The notes beneath the pieces are model-generated. The model was not told where the DNA came from. It saw only the letters and a list, made by a program, of their open reading frames with translations, and made no database searches. A program made the position numbers and the translations under genes. DNA of 63,070 nucleotides, the filler included, from Phoronis australis (lineage: Eukaryota > Animalia > Phoronida): the NCBI GenBank assembly GCA_002633005.1. It is 5 parts of 5 records of this genome, joined end to end, with 100 filler letters (N's around TTAATTAATTAA, not from the genome) between each part and the next. Parts side by side here need not be neighbours in the genome. Positions count along the whole stretch, not along the records: positions 1 to 15,954 come from NMRA01001517.1; positions 16,055 to 26,026 come from NMRA01000444.1; 3 more parts are not named here. One strand, 5' to 3'. Below are positions 11,816 through 25,544 of this stretch, piece by piece. Within the stretch, counting starts at the first letter, position 1. Every line of letters starts with the position of its first letter.

Positions 11816-12328
11816 TAGGCAGTGACCACTGTCTCTAGCTGGCCCAGTAGAGATGGTGTAGCTCCTACAAAAGCTTCATACGTCGGTAGCTTTTCGGTGA
11901 ATGACACCTTAGGAGGCCGTCGGTGTGTTTAATTCTTTCCATTATCAACCTTTTTCTTCCAGCATTCCGTTCTTTTCCCAAAATCGGCAACTGGCCATTT
12001 TTACACTGCGCAAGACAAGGGATATGACGTCATACCACCTGTCGTCCGCAGTGTTAAAATTAGCCAGTTTCCGATTTTCGCTAACTGAACGACGAACTGC
12101 TCGAAGAAAAAGTTTAACCACGGGAGTATTTGTTCGAGTTGGAAAGAATTAAAGACATTGACGGCCTTCTAGGTTGTCCCTCTATGCGCAAAGTGTACTT
12201 ATAACAACGTGACTTTGATTTATTAATCCCTGTGAGATATAATGCGTCGAAAAGCTTACGGCACATGAAGCTCCTATAGGAGCTTTACCGTCTCTAATGG
12301 GCCTGTTAGAGACGGTGGTCACTGTCTA
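11816..12328. mobile_element. Fold-back (near-palindromic) MITE
   Basis: ~80-bp imperfect TIRs (tagRcagtgaccaYtgtctcta...agcttttcg) plus an inner inverted pair (11904-11940 and 12141-12178). A related partial copy lies at 54428-54684. Confidence 0.7.
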
Positions 12329-12899
12329 CACACCAGATTGAAGTGAGTGTGGGTCCGGGACAATGTAGAAAAAAGAAGTTGTCTAACCGACCTGTTCACT
12401 ATGGCATCCTTCAAATCTTTAGTCGTGAGGTAGTGCATGATGTTGGCACTTGGCAGAGTCTTATACGTGTTGCGTTGCAGACATTTTTCATTGTACGTCC
12501 AACCGTCTAAGAAGCCTGGAGTAAGATTGTTAGAGAAGGTTTTTTATTCGCTTTCTATCAAGTTCTTGGCTTCGCACAGCGGATCTCGGTGTTTTTTTTT
12601 TACACATAGTGATGTGCTTTATGGAAAGTGACTGAAGCTGAAGACAGAAACTAGAGCTACGAAAGTTGAACCCATTTATGCAGTTTACACCGGCAAACCC
12701 GTATGGAACATGAATAGCAGGGAGTCACGACGGTCTAGGACTGCCCAAGACCTTCTCAAGCGTAGGAATACATCCACCAGGTGGAATGAGGAGGTACGTG
12801 TAGACAAAGCATGGGTAGGATAACGCACACAGGACCGTTAATTCTCCGCTGTTAGGGCAAATGATAACACTACCCCCGGAATCTTTCACAGCAGCGAGG

Positions 12900-13700
12900 A
12901 CTGAGGGGAACAAGGCCACTGCAGAGTATAGGCTCGCAGCGTCTAAGACCGTGAATCAACAATGGAATGCACTGTGCTACAAGGCCATCTTCAGTGCCAC
13001 GGATTTCTGTCACTTCCACCGCGGCATCGACAAGAGCAAATAGGCTCGTCGTCCGATCCTTTATGATGATGACGACAACATCCTGAGAAGCGATGAGTTA
13101 CAAGACAGGGCTTTTCCTGAGCAGTTCATTCTACAGGGTGATCACAACGATAGCCGACAGCCACAGGAGAATCTTGTAACAAATTTACGGCACCGGCCAC
13201 AATACAATTCGCTAGGATCTCCGGCTTTTCAGCGGTAACTTGTGACGAAACTGTGAAGGTTGGTTAAAGGTGAAGATTGGGATTATTCATTCGGCAAACA
13301 CTGATCAATCTCGAAAATGGCTCTGTTGAGGCAAGATATGAATGTTTACTGGGTCGGCTTCACTGAGTAGGTGAACCAAGGACATCATTCGAGAAGCCGA
13401 AGGATTCATGTTCTTCTTGCCGCAGCTGGCAGGAAGGCAGAGAAGCTCCACGCAGTAATGTTCTTCAAAAGCGTCACATTGTCTTTGGTATATTATGCTG
13501 TTTCCATGATCCACGTTAGCCAACTTAGCAGACTTGGCATAACACGGGCCTCTGCATCATTACTGGTTGCCCCCAGCTGAACACTAGCTGCATTGCGTCA
13601 CCTGGTAGGTGTACCTAGCATCGCGGACCGCCGGACTAAGGTGAAACCTTTTCATGCAGTCATCATGAAAGAGCTTAAGACATTACTCCACAGGCAAGAA
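12900..13700 (+). mobile_element. Highly degraded LINE fragment (I-group-like RT flanking regions)
   Basis: AEYRLAASKTVNQQWNALC (resembles the EN-RT linker) and, across frameshifts, CIITGCP (13553) ... ALRHLVGVPSIADR (13590-13631), a typical post-RT motif. Confidence 0.5.
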
Positions 13701-16429
13701 CACTCCTCAGGAACTTGTGCCCACGCCCTCCCATAACTTTGGTGTGACGTAGAATGTCTAGTTGCTCATGGGTACCTGCCGCAGTAGCTGGTGCTGTCAC
13801 CACGGCTGGTCAGCATCGAATTGCCGACTCGTCAACGTGGTTCCAACTGGAGGACCAGCAGTTGTTTCAGTCTTCAGCAGAGAGTGTATAAATTGACTTG
13901 ATAGTCTAGACGCATTTCTGGAAAATGTGCGTGTTAGAGGCATTTTTTAGTGAAAGTGGAGAACCTATATTTTTCGCATAATTATGGTGTGCTGATTTGG
14001 ATTATGCCTGTTCCCAAGCTGGATTTTGAGTTTTTTACCATCAAATTTGCATAAACATAATGGCCTCCAAACCAACAAGATAAGAAACATTCGTGGGACC
14101 AGGAGTACAATATGTGATGAATAATTAGGAAATTTGTGCTACAAAAACATAGTATAAGAGTGTATTGGAGTTAGCCAGTCCTAAAATTACGAATTTGAAA
14201 ATGGCAAATGTACACAGAGTTGATTATGGAAATATAATCCTACCATGGTAAAGCATACAAGTGCATCACGTGACCAACTTGATGAGATCAAAACCCCTAA
14301 TTCGATTTGTTTGTTTTGTACACTTTTAAATCTAGTTTATTTTTATAGTAAATTCATCTAAACAAGAACAGGCGAATAAGAGCATTAAAGTCTAGTTCAC
14401 ACTGGGATCACCAATCAAATTGGCATGCCTGTTATTAAGTACATTTACCCTGCTTTGTAGCTGTTTTCTTCAAAGGAAATAATTCTGGTGAAAGATGTAA
14501 TGTTCTTAATGTAGATCCAGTATAGACTGGTTCAACGATAGAACGCAGAGTTATGGCAAATGCTGTATGAAAATGGCAGTGCCAAAATATTTTGAAAATG
14601 AACCGAAAATGTAAAATGCTGGGAAGAATCCTCTTGACGTTACAGACAAGTTCCTATCTTTAATTTAGCGAGAATTAGAAATGAATTGCGGCACTCAGCT
14701 CACCTGGGTGGAGCGAAATGCTGATGGAAATTACAGACTATCAAGAACCAATCCATAATAGTCTAATGCAATGGCGTAGGCTGTCGCTTCGTGACTCGAA
14801 AGCCCAGATTCATACCAATCCCTTGTCTCTAGGAAGAGCTCCCCGGCATTTGAGAGATCTGTAAGAAGATCAGTGGACAAAAGCGCCACACGATCTAACT
14901 GCCTTCAACCTCCTAAAGACGATCATCTTTTCCAAACATTGTAGCAACTGGTCTCAACATTTTCATTCACAAAACTGTCCATCCTTGCATTTAGGAACTA
15001 GGATATGAAGTAAATAGCCTTGCGATTTTGACATGAATTATCCAGATAGCAGACATTTTCAATATCTTTCAGATTTTTTTATTGGTCCATGATGTTAATG
15101 ATAATAATAATAACAACAATAATAATAATAAACTTTATTTATAGAGAACAAACTACTATAGACTTAAAACATGCTTTAGCCAAAGGGTAATACACAGAAT
15201 GGTCCTCTCGGGGCAAAAAAATAAATTAAATTGAATTAGATTAATTAAGTCAGTAATGTTTAAATGAATATATACAAATTAATTTTACAAATTAAGTTAA
15301 GTATAAATTAAATTTTCTATATGTTATATACAATGAATTTTAAAGGGGACGGCTGAAAGGAAATGAGGGACAGCTATGATAACAACATTTGAATGTAGGT
15401 GATGAGTGTGTGCCTGAAGTTATCGTATCCATCCGCCCCCTTTAGGCTATTTGGTAAATTGTTCCATTGTAGAATGGCTTTCATAAAAATGACCTAGAGT
15501 AACGAAGCTCTGTGTATGGAGACAACAAAACTGTGTGAGGAAGGTAATCTAGATAAATAAGCTGGTACATGTACATTATTGTGAAAACATTTCTCACGAT
15601 CTTGAATGTGTTACGACACAACAGGTTGATAACACCGAGTACGTATGTTTTATATTACGTGGGCAAATTACAAAGTAAAGCCGAGTAGAAAACCATACGC
15701 CTCACATTTTATCGTCTGCAAAACACCCACAACATGCTCAAATTTCGCGCACCTTCCTTTGTCCTTCTGATAAATAGTACATTATTGTTATATGTATAAT
15801 TTTAAATGCAGGTGTTTTGTATCATGTGTACATGATTACCCCTTATGTAGCATTAGGTCTGACCACATTCTATGGTATTCTAAAGAAATGTTGTTTGAAG
15901 AAAATTGTAATGACATACACATGTAATTGACTTACTGGGCCTTGCTAGAAGCTTNNNNNNNNNNNNNNNNNNNNNNNNNNNNNNNNNNNNNNNNNNNNTT
16001 AATTAATTAANNNNNNNNNNNNNNNNNNNNNNNNNNNNNNNNNNNNNNNNNNNNTCAAACCAAAATCGCCTTCAAAATCTACAATTTGTGGAGCACATCT
16101 GCGAAAGTTGGTAAAGTACATATTCATCATGTCTAATGAAAATCTTGAAGACAAAAACACATGGTCCTTAACTTAGTTAACAGTGAAAAGCAAAAAGCTA
16201 GCATGACTGGGGCCAATAATGAAATTCGCACAAATTTTAGTACATACTCAAAACAGAATCGCCTTCAAAATCTACAATTTTTGCAGCACTTCTCCAAATG
16301 TTGGTACAGTACATATTCATCATGTGTAATGCTTATCACCATTGTAACTTGAACGTATTGATATAATCATCTTTTGTGGACCACTGAAAAGTTCGGAGGA
16401 CAAAATTTCGAAAAACTTAACTAATTAGG

Positions 16430-19400
16430 TAAAAATATTATATAACCTTAACGCATCATTATTTACTTGAATGTTTGGTGCAGAAAACAAGTACATTGTT
16501 GCATCGTATTTGAGATTGTTCACCAATTCACGTTCTGATATTAGTGAGCGTCCCAGCCTACGAATGCTCAGAGTTGTAGATACCCTGCACCTAGTGGGAA
16601 CTCAAACAAGCTCTAGTATTTGTGGGCTCTTTGCACTTTGATCTTGTGCTGTGTTCATTGTGCGAGCTTCTCTTTGCCATTGGGAATATTCTCCCAGAAA
16701 CACATTGGGTGGGACGCAGACGCACGTAGGATCAGCACACCACATTTATCGTTTTAAATAGCGTAGCGTATACTTGTGCAGATTGTAGGTTATCGTACAT
16801 ACCTGTATGTAGTTCGATTTGACGCAGTAGCCTATCAAAAAGAAGGGGAGACGGGGCAATGGCCCCTGGACGCCACTATGAATAAACTTTTTTAAATTTT
16901 TTAATGTTTTGCAGTTGAATTGAATAAAGTTTATGTTTCAGATTTTAATTTTTGCTTAGTACTAGGGTCAATGTATTTGAGTTGAGAATGGGTCATCCAG
17001 TAAAAGAAAACGGATATCACTGAACCTCTGGACGCTACTGCATAGACGCAGTAGATATTCTTTTAATTTTTCACCTAACCTACCGTAGCTTAGTCTTGAC
17101 ACGTTTTCAGTGAATAAAAAACGTAGACGAAGTCGGAAAACCCACCACTCAAGAAGGAGCTAAGAATATGCTCATATATACATATGTGCAATGCTACGTC
17201 AGACAACGTGAAAAGGTTAACACACCCTCCTTGCTGAAAACCATTATATCTGTGTTGGAAGTGTGCTTCCTTTGTGTTTTATACTCCACATAAGCTCAAG
17301 TGTACATGTGGATTGTGAGTTGTGATGATCGGTATCAAAATACACCCGTGCGACGAAATATAAGCCTGCCAATTAGCTTCGAAGTTAGTGCATTTCTGTG
17401 TGACGTTATCATGTACATCACATGTACTACAAGTAGATACAAATATCAGCTTTTGCAACGATTGTGGCGAGTTAACCTATTTTGGAGTAAATGGAAGCAC
17501 TAAGTCAACCCCATAAAACTACGAGTTTATGTGGATAGGCAATGATATCTTAAAAATTGTTTCAAAGACATCTCCCGGTCAGTGTATTCAAAATACGTCT
17601 TAAATCGTTGAGTTTGTTCGCCTCAAACTATGAACTAGATGGCAATGTCCCTAAGATGCCTGTCTCGCGTTCATGATCTATTTACAATAAACAGTGCTTT
17701 CGTGTTGCAAACGTTTCATAGCACGTGCATTTGGCAATAATGAAGCATTACGCTTCGGCAACCAAACTTCAGTGTGAGGTTTAGTCAAGTGAAGCAGGAT
17801 GATTTGAAAATGTTCAATCGTTCTGGCTTTCAAGGTAAGATTGACACCATTAGTTAAAATGTCTTGCTTGGAAAGGAGTTTCCTCTAAGTTCAAAGAACG
17901 GGCACCGAGCTTGGTAGTTTGAATATGGGGTGCAATGAAGTTAGTGGTGAAATGTTATAATGGAAAAAAGGAACCTGTCAAACAATGTCGATTCCTTAAA
18001 ATTCCGTTACAAAAGACGAATGTCCGATTTGGTACAAAAAACGTGTCTAAAGACCTACTTGGTTGAAGGTATCTATTTTTTTGTTTGTTCTACATGTTTC
18101 TTGGTGAGTTGCTTTATAACTCCATGCATGCATCGTATACATGTAGAGACTATGATCGAGTGTATATTAAGCTGTTTTCCAAAAAGTAAAAGTCGTACCT
18201 TAAATCAAGTTTGTATCAACCATGAGGGTCTGCTACCGAACTATACTGACATGAAGCTTTAGGCCTAATTATATATACGTTACGTAATACCATACATGTA
18301 CGTCGTACTGGAATTTGGCTTTATATTAGGACAGATGCATGCAACGTGGAAATAATGAAATTAAACATTATTTCATAATGAATGCTTAACACAGCTCTGC
18401 TCAGTTCAGTGTTTTCGTCCGGGAAGTTTAATCCCATGTTACAGGCTCAGACCACGAGTGTAAAAAGTTGTTATAAGACTGGGCGTAGGTTCAGTAAAGT
18501 TAGGACCTCCTCAAGGACCTAGCTAAAATCTAGGTACAGTACCGTGTTCTCGTTTCTCATACACGGCAATATCTCACGTAATCTCGCAAAGCCTTGCTTT
18601 TTAGAGAAGTCCTAGAGTGACTCAACGGTTGGCAAGTCGTGGTTCAGTACGTGCCACTTGTAATGTACATGTGACGGATATAAGTTTGTATCATTATGGA
18701 AGCTACATGTACATTTGAGCTAGCCTAACGGTGTGCCCACGCTCAAACGAAAAAGGTGTTGTGAGTTGATTACAATAGTAGCCAGTGACATGTGACTGGA
18801 GTTGGCAACCATTCTCTCTTGTAATTAAGTGAGGCAAAGTACTGCACGTCATCTTCGAAATATACTGGCAAGCTGAAGATATTTTTACTTCCCCGGTAAA
18901 GGCTCGCCAAGAGAATAAGAAAGCTTTAAGTATTGAAATATTCACATGTCGTAGTCAAATGGGACGATACGCTGCTGCCATTGCACATTCTACATGTAAG
19001 TTTACTACTGCGGACACTGTCAAATTTGAGTCTCATTGGAGAATTCGTTCCATCAAGGTAGTCGCTGATTTGACCCATTCCAAGTGTCGCTTTCCTTTTT
19101 TAAACAAAACGGCAACGACTAATTGAGGTTGCTGCCGTGGGTCGAGTCTTCAAATAATTTTTGTCTATACCTTTTTCAGCCAATGGACTCGAAAGAAAAA
19201 GAGCTGGGTATACAGGCTCACTCATGAGTACACACGCTCCATGGCAGCTGTCAGTTATACAAGCGCGCAGTCCCACGCAACTTGGTCTTTTTTCATGCTG
19301 AGTACTTAGAACGCTTTACTTCTGTTACTGGGTCAAATGCGCCAGGTTCATATTTGACGAACGCCTCAAATAGCTAGGGCCTTCACTGTACGTAAAATGT

Positions 19401-19857
19401 TTCGGGAATATTGACCGGCTGACGTTGCACGTGTTTTAATATAAAACCGATATATCTTGGTGCTTACCCTCACATGTGTCGTTTTGACATCAAAATCAAA
19501 ATAACGAGACAACCGAGTGCAAACAAACAAACTTGTAGTTGTGCATTGCCCGTATACTATATATGAACAAAAGCTATTCAGTACATTTACATCCATTCAA
19601 GGTTCGACCTGAGCAAAACAGTTGTTTAATATCAATTGTAAGATCTTTACTAAATGTAACGTTGGTATGACAATGAGGACTCCTAAGAACAAAATAACAG
19701 AACATTCCGAAGATGCCAACAGTACCTTATTCCATCTTATTATAAAATCAAACTGTTCTATTGCCTTTAATAACGTAAGGACTCTAGACCATGACATGAA
19801 TAGAACTAACCTGGTAACTGGTGGAGCCTTGAGGCTACATTCTGAGTACAGCTTGAT
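16430..19857 (+). repeat. Diverged segmental duplication, copy A (copy B about 22035-25420)
   Basis: Colinear matches along the whole length, e.g. tttacttgaatg (16461/22067), ttctggctttcaaggtaagattga (17821/23531), ctgctaccgaact and gaacaaaataac...cattcc...agatgccaa. Confidence 0.85.
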
Positions 19858-20595
19858 GGGGTGCAACTGAGATGGGAGACGAAAAAGTGGCTATTTGCCA
19901 TGGAGATGCTTCCATGAAAGTTCACCTTTTGGAGGTAGCCTTCCGTAGGAATATAGGGACAGCTGCGTTTTCATCTTTTGATTCCTGAAACACCTCAAAA
20001 GTGACTTCACCTTTTGCACACTTGGCTTATAAATATAAACTTTCTGTTGCTGTTTGAAATTGGAAATTGGCTTCTGTTTTTCTAGTTAAGTCTCGTAATT
20101 CGAGGTAATCCATTTGGCAGAAAATCATTGGGAAAGAGATTTTGTCGGAAATGAAGCAACCAGCTTTAGTAAAGATTTTGGTTGTGAAAATGCAAGAAAT
20201 CGCAGTGACACGTCCCGTCAGTTTTCGCCCCCATCATCACGTCTAGTTTACTTTTTCGAAGAGCAGGTTGCGCTACTTGCGTTCTCGCGATCATTCACTC
20301 CAGTAAGTGTCGATCTTGGAACGACATACAAAAAGCAATTTGGTAGTTTAAAAGAACTCGGTATCACACCAAGTAGCCTGAATCGGATCTTCGCAAAAGT
20401 CGTGTTTTGAAACTTTGATTACTCTACCTTCCTTTCTTAGTTAACGATGATTAAATTTGTCAACTGTAACTCGTATTATGATCTGGATTCCAAATTTATG
20501 TTTAGTCCAGTCAAATGATACTCAGACATAACGGCATTGACTAAGTCTATTATACATTGTATCTAACATTGACTCTCATATTGACATTGACCAGG

Positions 20596-20670
20596 GGCCA
20601 TCGTGTGTGCAGCGAACATTTTCCTGGTGGAAAAAAGACTTATGAGAACAACATTCCGACGGAGTTTCCT
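20596..20670 (+). pseudogene. C-terminal THAP domain remnant (DNA transposon, possibly Harbinger/ISL2EU-type)
   Basis: [25 protein letters not shown] (RVCSxHF...PTxF THAP motif). Confidence 0.6.
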
Positions 20671-21937
20671 CTTAAAATTAAGGTCTCTAGCATATCCACG
20701 GCGAAAGCTACAAAAGTTAAGCAACCCAAGAACTCTTAACTTGTCTGAAACCGGAGGAGATTTCCGGCGAAATCAACGCCGATAGCCCCAATGCTGAACA
20801 TGACGACAGTCGTGCCCTCGGTCACACGGTCACTGACCATAGCTACGCTGTGTTTACAAACGAGAGAGAGGACTTGCTTGGTATTATAAAGCAAAAAAAA
20901 TGAAACGTGGTTTTTAGTTTGCAAATCACTCCAAATGCATACACTATCCAGCCTGCTCAAGACATGCCTGACCACAAGCTATCCCATGAGCCTTCGCGAA
21001 GGAAGTAACTCGCACATGCGCAATGCGTAGTTCGTCTGCGCTGCAAATCCGCTATTGTAACGCATTGTGACGTCATTAGGTTTTTACAATGACAAATCGA
21101 AAGCTGGAAAACCGGCCGCGTCACGAAACTTTGCACAGTCCCAAAGGTACCTTGATACAAGATGGCAGCAAATAAGGAATTTGGGCAGGGATTTTACCTG
21201 AGTGATGAAGAAAAGGAAAAGGTGGGAATCATTTCATTATCTCACCAGTGTGTACTTTTTTAACTGTTTCTTTATTTGACCTTGAATACCTACATTACAA
21301 CCGACTGCTGTTAACCTGTTAGTCTATACAACTATCTTCGTTACCAATAAGAAGATCGAAACCAGTAGCGACTAAAAATTTGCTTCATGTTGTCGTTTAG
21401 TTGAAGAGGACACAGTACAGCACTCTTTCATTTTTCACCTTGGTTATTGTAACTTAGTCTTAACACCCTGCTTTAGTGCATATATATGGTGCCACATTTT
21501 GTTACACAACTTGAAACTTAGGCAAAGGTTGTTAAGCCAGTTTTCATAGCCATGTTGACGTTGTGGACTTTGTGGTCCCTTGTGTTTTCTAATCCAACCA
21601 AACATTTACACGTAATAAGTTTGCATTGGTGAGTTAAGATGATCTGCAGGAGAATACATCCGTGCATCAAAGTAGGTGGCACAAGTCTTCTATTAAAATA
21701 ATTTTAGAAACTGTTTTAGATCGTACATTTCAAAATTAATGCACAAAAGGTTATGATCTGGCTGCAGTACTGACTTTAGAGGTGTGAACGCACATGTAAT
21801 TGGTGGAATACATGTTTTTGTGGTCAGATATATTCTACACTGAAGTATCCACGTGTTTTCTTACACGGATGAGGTAAGGGCTTAAAAACAAACATACGTT
21901 AATATTAACGTAAAGTAACATGTGTTTATACACATTG

Positions 21938-21939
<2 letters not shown>

Positions 21940-21975
<36 letters not shown>
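21940..21975. repeat. (TA)n microsatellite
   Basis: Read directly from the sequence. Confidence 0.95.
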
Positions 21976-21977
<2 letters not shown>

Positions 21978-22034
21978 TCACCTGTACACTATTAAGAAGT
22001 TTTGGGTCCAAAGTTTAGAAAAGCCGAGCCAAGG

Positions 22035-25000
22035 TAAAAATATTATTGAACTTTAAAGCGTCATTGTTTACTTGAATGATGTTGCAGAAGACAAGAATAT
22101 CGGTGCATTGTAGTTTGAGATTCCTCATTAGTTAACGTTCTGGTATAAACGAGCGTCCCAGGCTATGAATGTTCCGAGGTGTTAATACCCTGTGCCTTGT
22201 ATAAATGAGCTATGGATGTTCGAAGGTGTTGGTACCCTGTGCCCGGCTGCATGAAGCAGTCATACATGTACATGTAGTAGGAATTCAACCAAGTCCCCTA
22301 AATCTATTTCGCATTTTATTCAGATGCTGTATTCTCACTAATTAAATATTCGTTATTAGGGGCAGTGGGTGGCACGCACACGCTGCACATAGGATCAGTA
22401 CACCACCGTTATCCTTTTTAACGTACATGTAGCGCATACGTGTACATATAGTAGGTTATCGTATAACCGGTGTGACGTACATTGTAGCCGCAGTAATGTA
22501 GGAGACAGAAGGGGCGACAGTTCAACGGACCCGGGCATTCGCTATAAATATTTTGTTTGGATTTTTTTACTGATTTTAGTTAAATTGAATTTAGTTTATA
22601 CTTCAAGTTCTTGTTTTGCTTAGTACCAGGGTCTATGCGTTTGAGTAGAGAAAGGGCCATTCATTAAAAAAATCCCAGGATATCACCGAATTTCTGGACG
22701 TTACTGTGTAGACAGCACATATCCTTTTCAGTTTTCACCAAGCGTACCGTAGTCTTGGCAGCTTCGTAGCGCATAAAAACGTAGACGAAGTGGGTAATAT
22801 AACAGTAGGAGCTTAGTACTGGCTAATGAATACTGGTGTATGCTGCCTCGTCAGATTGCTTGAAAAGGTTGAAAAGTTTAACAAACCTAGTTTACTGAAA
22901 ACCATTATAGCTATGTTGACATTGTGCCTGTGGTTCCTTTGTGTTTCTGCTCCACAAAACATGTACATGTACATTGGCGAGTTGTGATTATTTGTATCAA
23001 AATACATCCGTGTGTCAAATTATAAGCATGCTCATTATCTTCAAAGTTCGTCCATTTCTGTGTGACGTCACTGTGTACATTACTACATGTAGATATAGTA
23101 ATTTTAGCTTTTCATCGTATTTGGTATTTGGCGGGTTAACCGAATTTTGGAACAAACTTGACTACTACGTTTACCCCCTCAAACTACCAGGTTATATTGA
23201 AAAGCATTTATGTCTTGAAAATAGTTTCCATCGCATCTCTCGTTCACTGTATTCAAAATAAGTCTGAAATCGTTGAGTTTGCACACTTGGAACTAAGAAG
23301 TAGTTCCCTATGCCACTAAGATGTTGGTCTCTGGGTACATGGTTCATAATAAACAGTGCTTTTGTGTTGCAAAAGTTCCATAGCGCGTGCGTTTGACATA
23401 ACATTACTCTTTGGCAACCAGCCCAAACTTCATTGTGAGATTTAGTGCAATCAAAGTACTGTACATGTACATGTACATGTACATGTACATGTACATGTAC
23501 ATGTGGGATGTGACAAAACGGTTCAGTAGTTCTGGCTTTCAAGGTAAGATTGATACCAATTGTTAAAGGGGTGTTGCTTGGAACCGAGTATCCCCCAAAG
23601 TTCAAAAACGGGCACCGAGTTTTAGTATGTATAAAAATGAACTCCGCCCATTGATCGTTTGGATATGCCATACTGGTGAAATGTTATAGCGGAGCAAAGG
23701 AACCTAGTTGAATCCTTCAAATTCGTTACAAAAGTCGAATGTCCGATTTGGAACCAAAATTGTGTATACGGACCTAGTTGCTTGAAGGTATCTATTTTGA
23801 TTGTTTGTCCTTTATGTCTCTTGTTTTGTTGCTTCGTAACTCCACGCCTGGAGATAACGGATTGTATAGAGACTACGATCGAGTATATATTGATCTGTCT
23901 AACAAAAAGTAAAGTCGTGCCTTTTCAACCAGGTTTGTATCGATAAAGGGCTGCTACCGAACTCATACTGACCTGAAGGTCTACTTATATATGCATTATG
24001 TAACGTCATGCATACGTCGTACTGAAATTTGGCTTCATACTAAGACAGATTCATCAACGTGGAAATAGTGAAATTAAACCTTGAGTTCATAGTGCATGTT
24101 TGAGACAGCTCGGCTCAGAACAGTGTTACCCCCTGTGTAGGTTATTCTCATATTACCGGCTCAGATCACGAGTGTAAACAGTTATTAAAAGACTGAGCGT
24201 GCGTTCACTAGCGCTAGGAAATACGCTAGGACCTAGCAAAATCTAGCCAAACTTACGTGATTCCATTTAAAATACACGGCACTATCTCACGTAACCCCTC
24301 GAAGTCTTGCTTTTTGCGAGGTCCTAGCGTTACTGAACGAGAGGCAAGTCGTGGTTCCGTACGTGTTAACTTGTGTATGAGGCGAATATTCATATCTTGA
24401 TCGAAGCTACACTCGAGTTGCAGACTGTAGCCTAACGGTGTATTCTGTGACGAGTATCAACCGAAAGAAGTGGTGTGAGTTGCTTACATTTGTAGCCAGT
24501 GACATGTGACTGAAGGGGTCAAGTATTCACTCCTTTAATTATGTTGGCAAAGTATCCGACTATGCTGACAAGCTGAGCATCTTTTTACTTTCGCCGAGAG
24601 AATAAGAACGCAGAAGGTAGTCGGTGACTTTACTCGTTCCAGTGCCGCTTCATATTTTGTAAACAAAACTTAACGATTAATTGAGGTTACAGCCTTGGGT
24701 CACGTTCTTTCCTTAAGTTTTTTGTATACCTTTTGTCAGCTCATGAAAGCAAAGAAAAGAGCAGCTCACTGATCAGTACACACGTTCCATGGCAACTGCG
24801 TGTTGTGCAAGCTCGTGGTCCTAAGCAAATCGATGTTTTTCATCCTGTGTGCCAAGAAAGCTTTACTTGTGTTACTGGGTCAAATGTGCCAAGTTCATAT
24901 TTTACGAACGCCTCAAATAGCTGCACTCGGTACGCGACTGTCGCTGCCATATTGTCCAGCTGACGTTGTGATTTTTTAATGTAAAGCAATGTACCCTGGT

Positions 25001-25420
25001 ACTTGTCTTTACATGTTACGTATTGAAATCAAAATGAAAATAACGAAACAGCTGAGTACAATCAACAAACAAACACGTACATTTAGGCTAGTTGTGCAAT
25101 GCCCTTATAGAGTACTGCGGGTATATATGAACATAATCGATTCAGTACATTTGCATCCGTGCATGTTTCGATCTAAGCAACAAAGTTGTCTAAGATCAGA
25201 AGTAAGGTCTGTAATGAATGACAGGTTGCTATGACAACAAGGACTCTTACGAACAAAATAACCAAACATTCCTAAGATGCCAAAAGTGCCTTGTTCAATT
25301 ATTCGATAGAATCAAACCATTCTATTGCTTCTAATGACGTAAAGATTCTAGACCGTGACATGTGTTGAACTAAACTGTTAACAGGTAGGGCCACTGAGCT
25401 ACATGCTGGGTACAGCTTGA
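22035..25420 (+). repeat. Diverged segmental duplication, copy B
   Basis: Colinear with 16430-19857 and carries the same MITE at the equivalent position. Confidence 0.85.
23460..23504. repeat. (TGTACA)n hexamer microsatellite
   Basis: tgtacatgtacatgtaca... about 7 units; absent from the paralogous copy A. Confidence 0.9.
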
Positions 25421-25544
25421 GTAGGAACATTGGGGCTTTCAACATTCGGTAGTTGATTCTTGAGTTCAATTCACTGGTATCTCTTCTTGTCACTTGTTTT
25501 ATGCGCTTTGATGTAAAGTTGCTTCATTGTGAAGTGGTGTGGAG

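Noticed and set aside
15955-16053. TTAATTAATTAA flanked by N runs (also at about 26071, 54729 and 59059)
   Set aside because: An identical palindromic 12-mer centred in ~100-nt N blocks is an artificial scaffold spacer with stops in all frames, not biology.
16955-17180. Possible signal-peptide and LK(Y/R)IDP mini-exons on - in both duplicate copies, as the 5' part of the solute-binding-like gene
   Set aside because: The implied intron is only about 46 nt with no pyrimidine tract, and the frames are not conserved between copies, so the evidence is too weak.
23192-23671. 159-aa ORF with HVHVHV run (and the HTHT/VCVC ORFs at 30682-31014)
   Set aside because: These are translations of microsatellites, and the paralogous copy A does not keep the frame.
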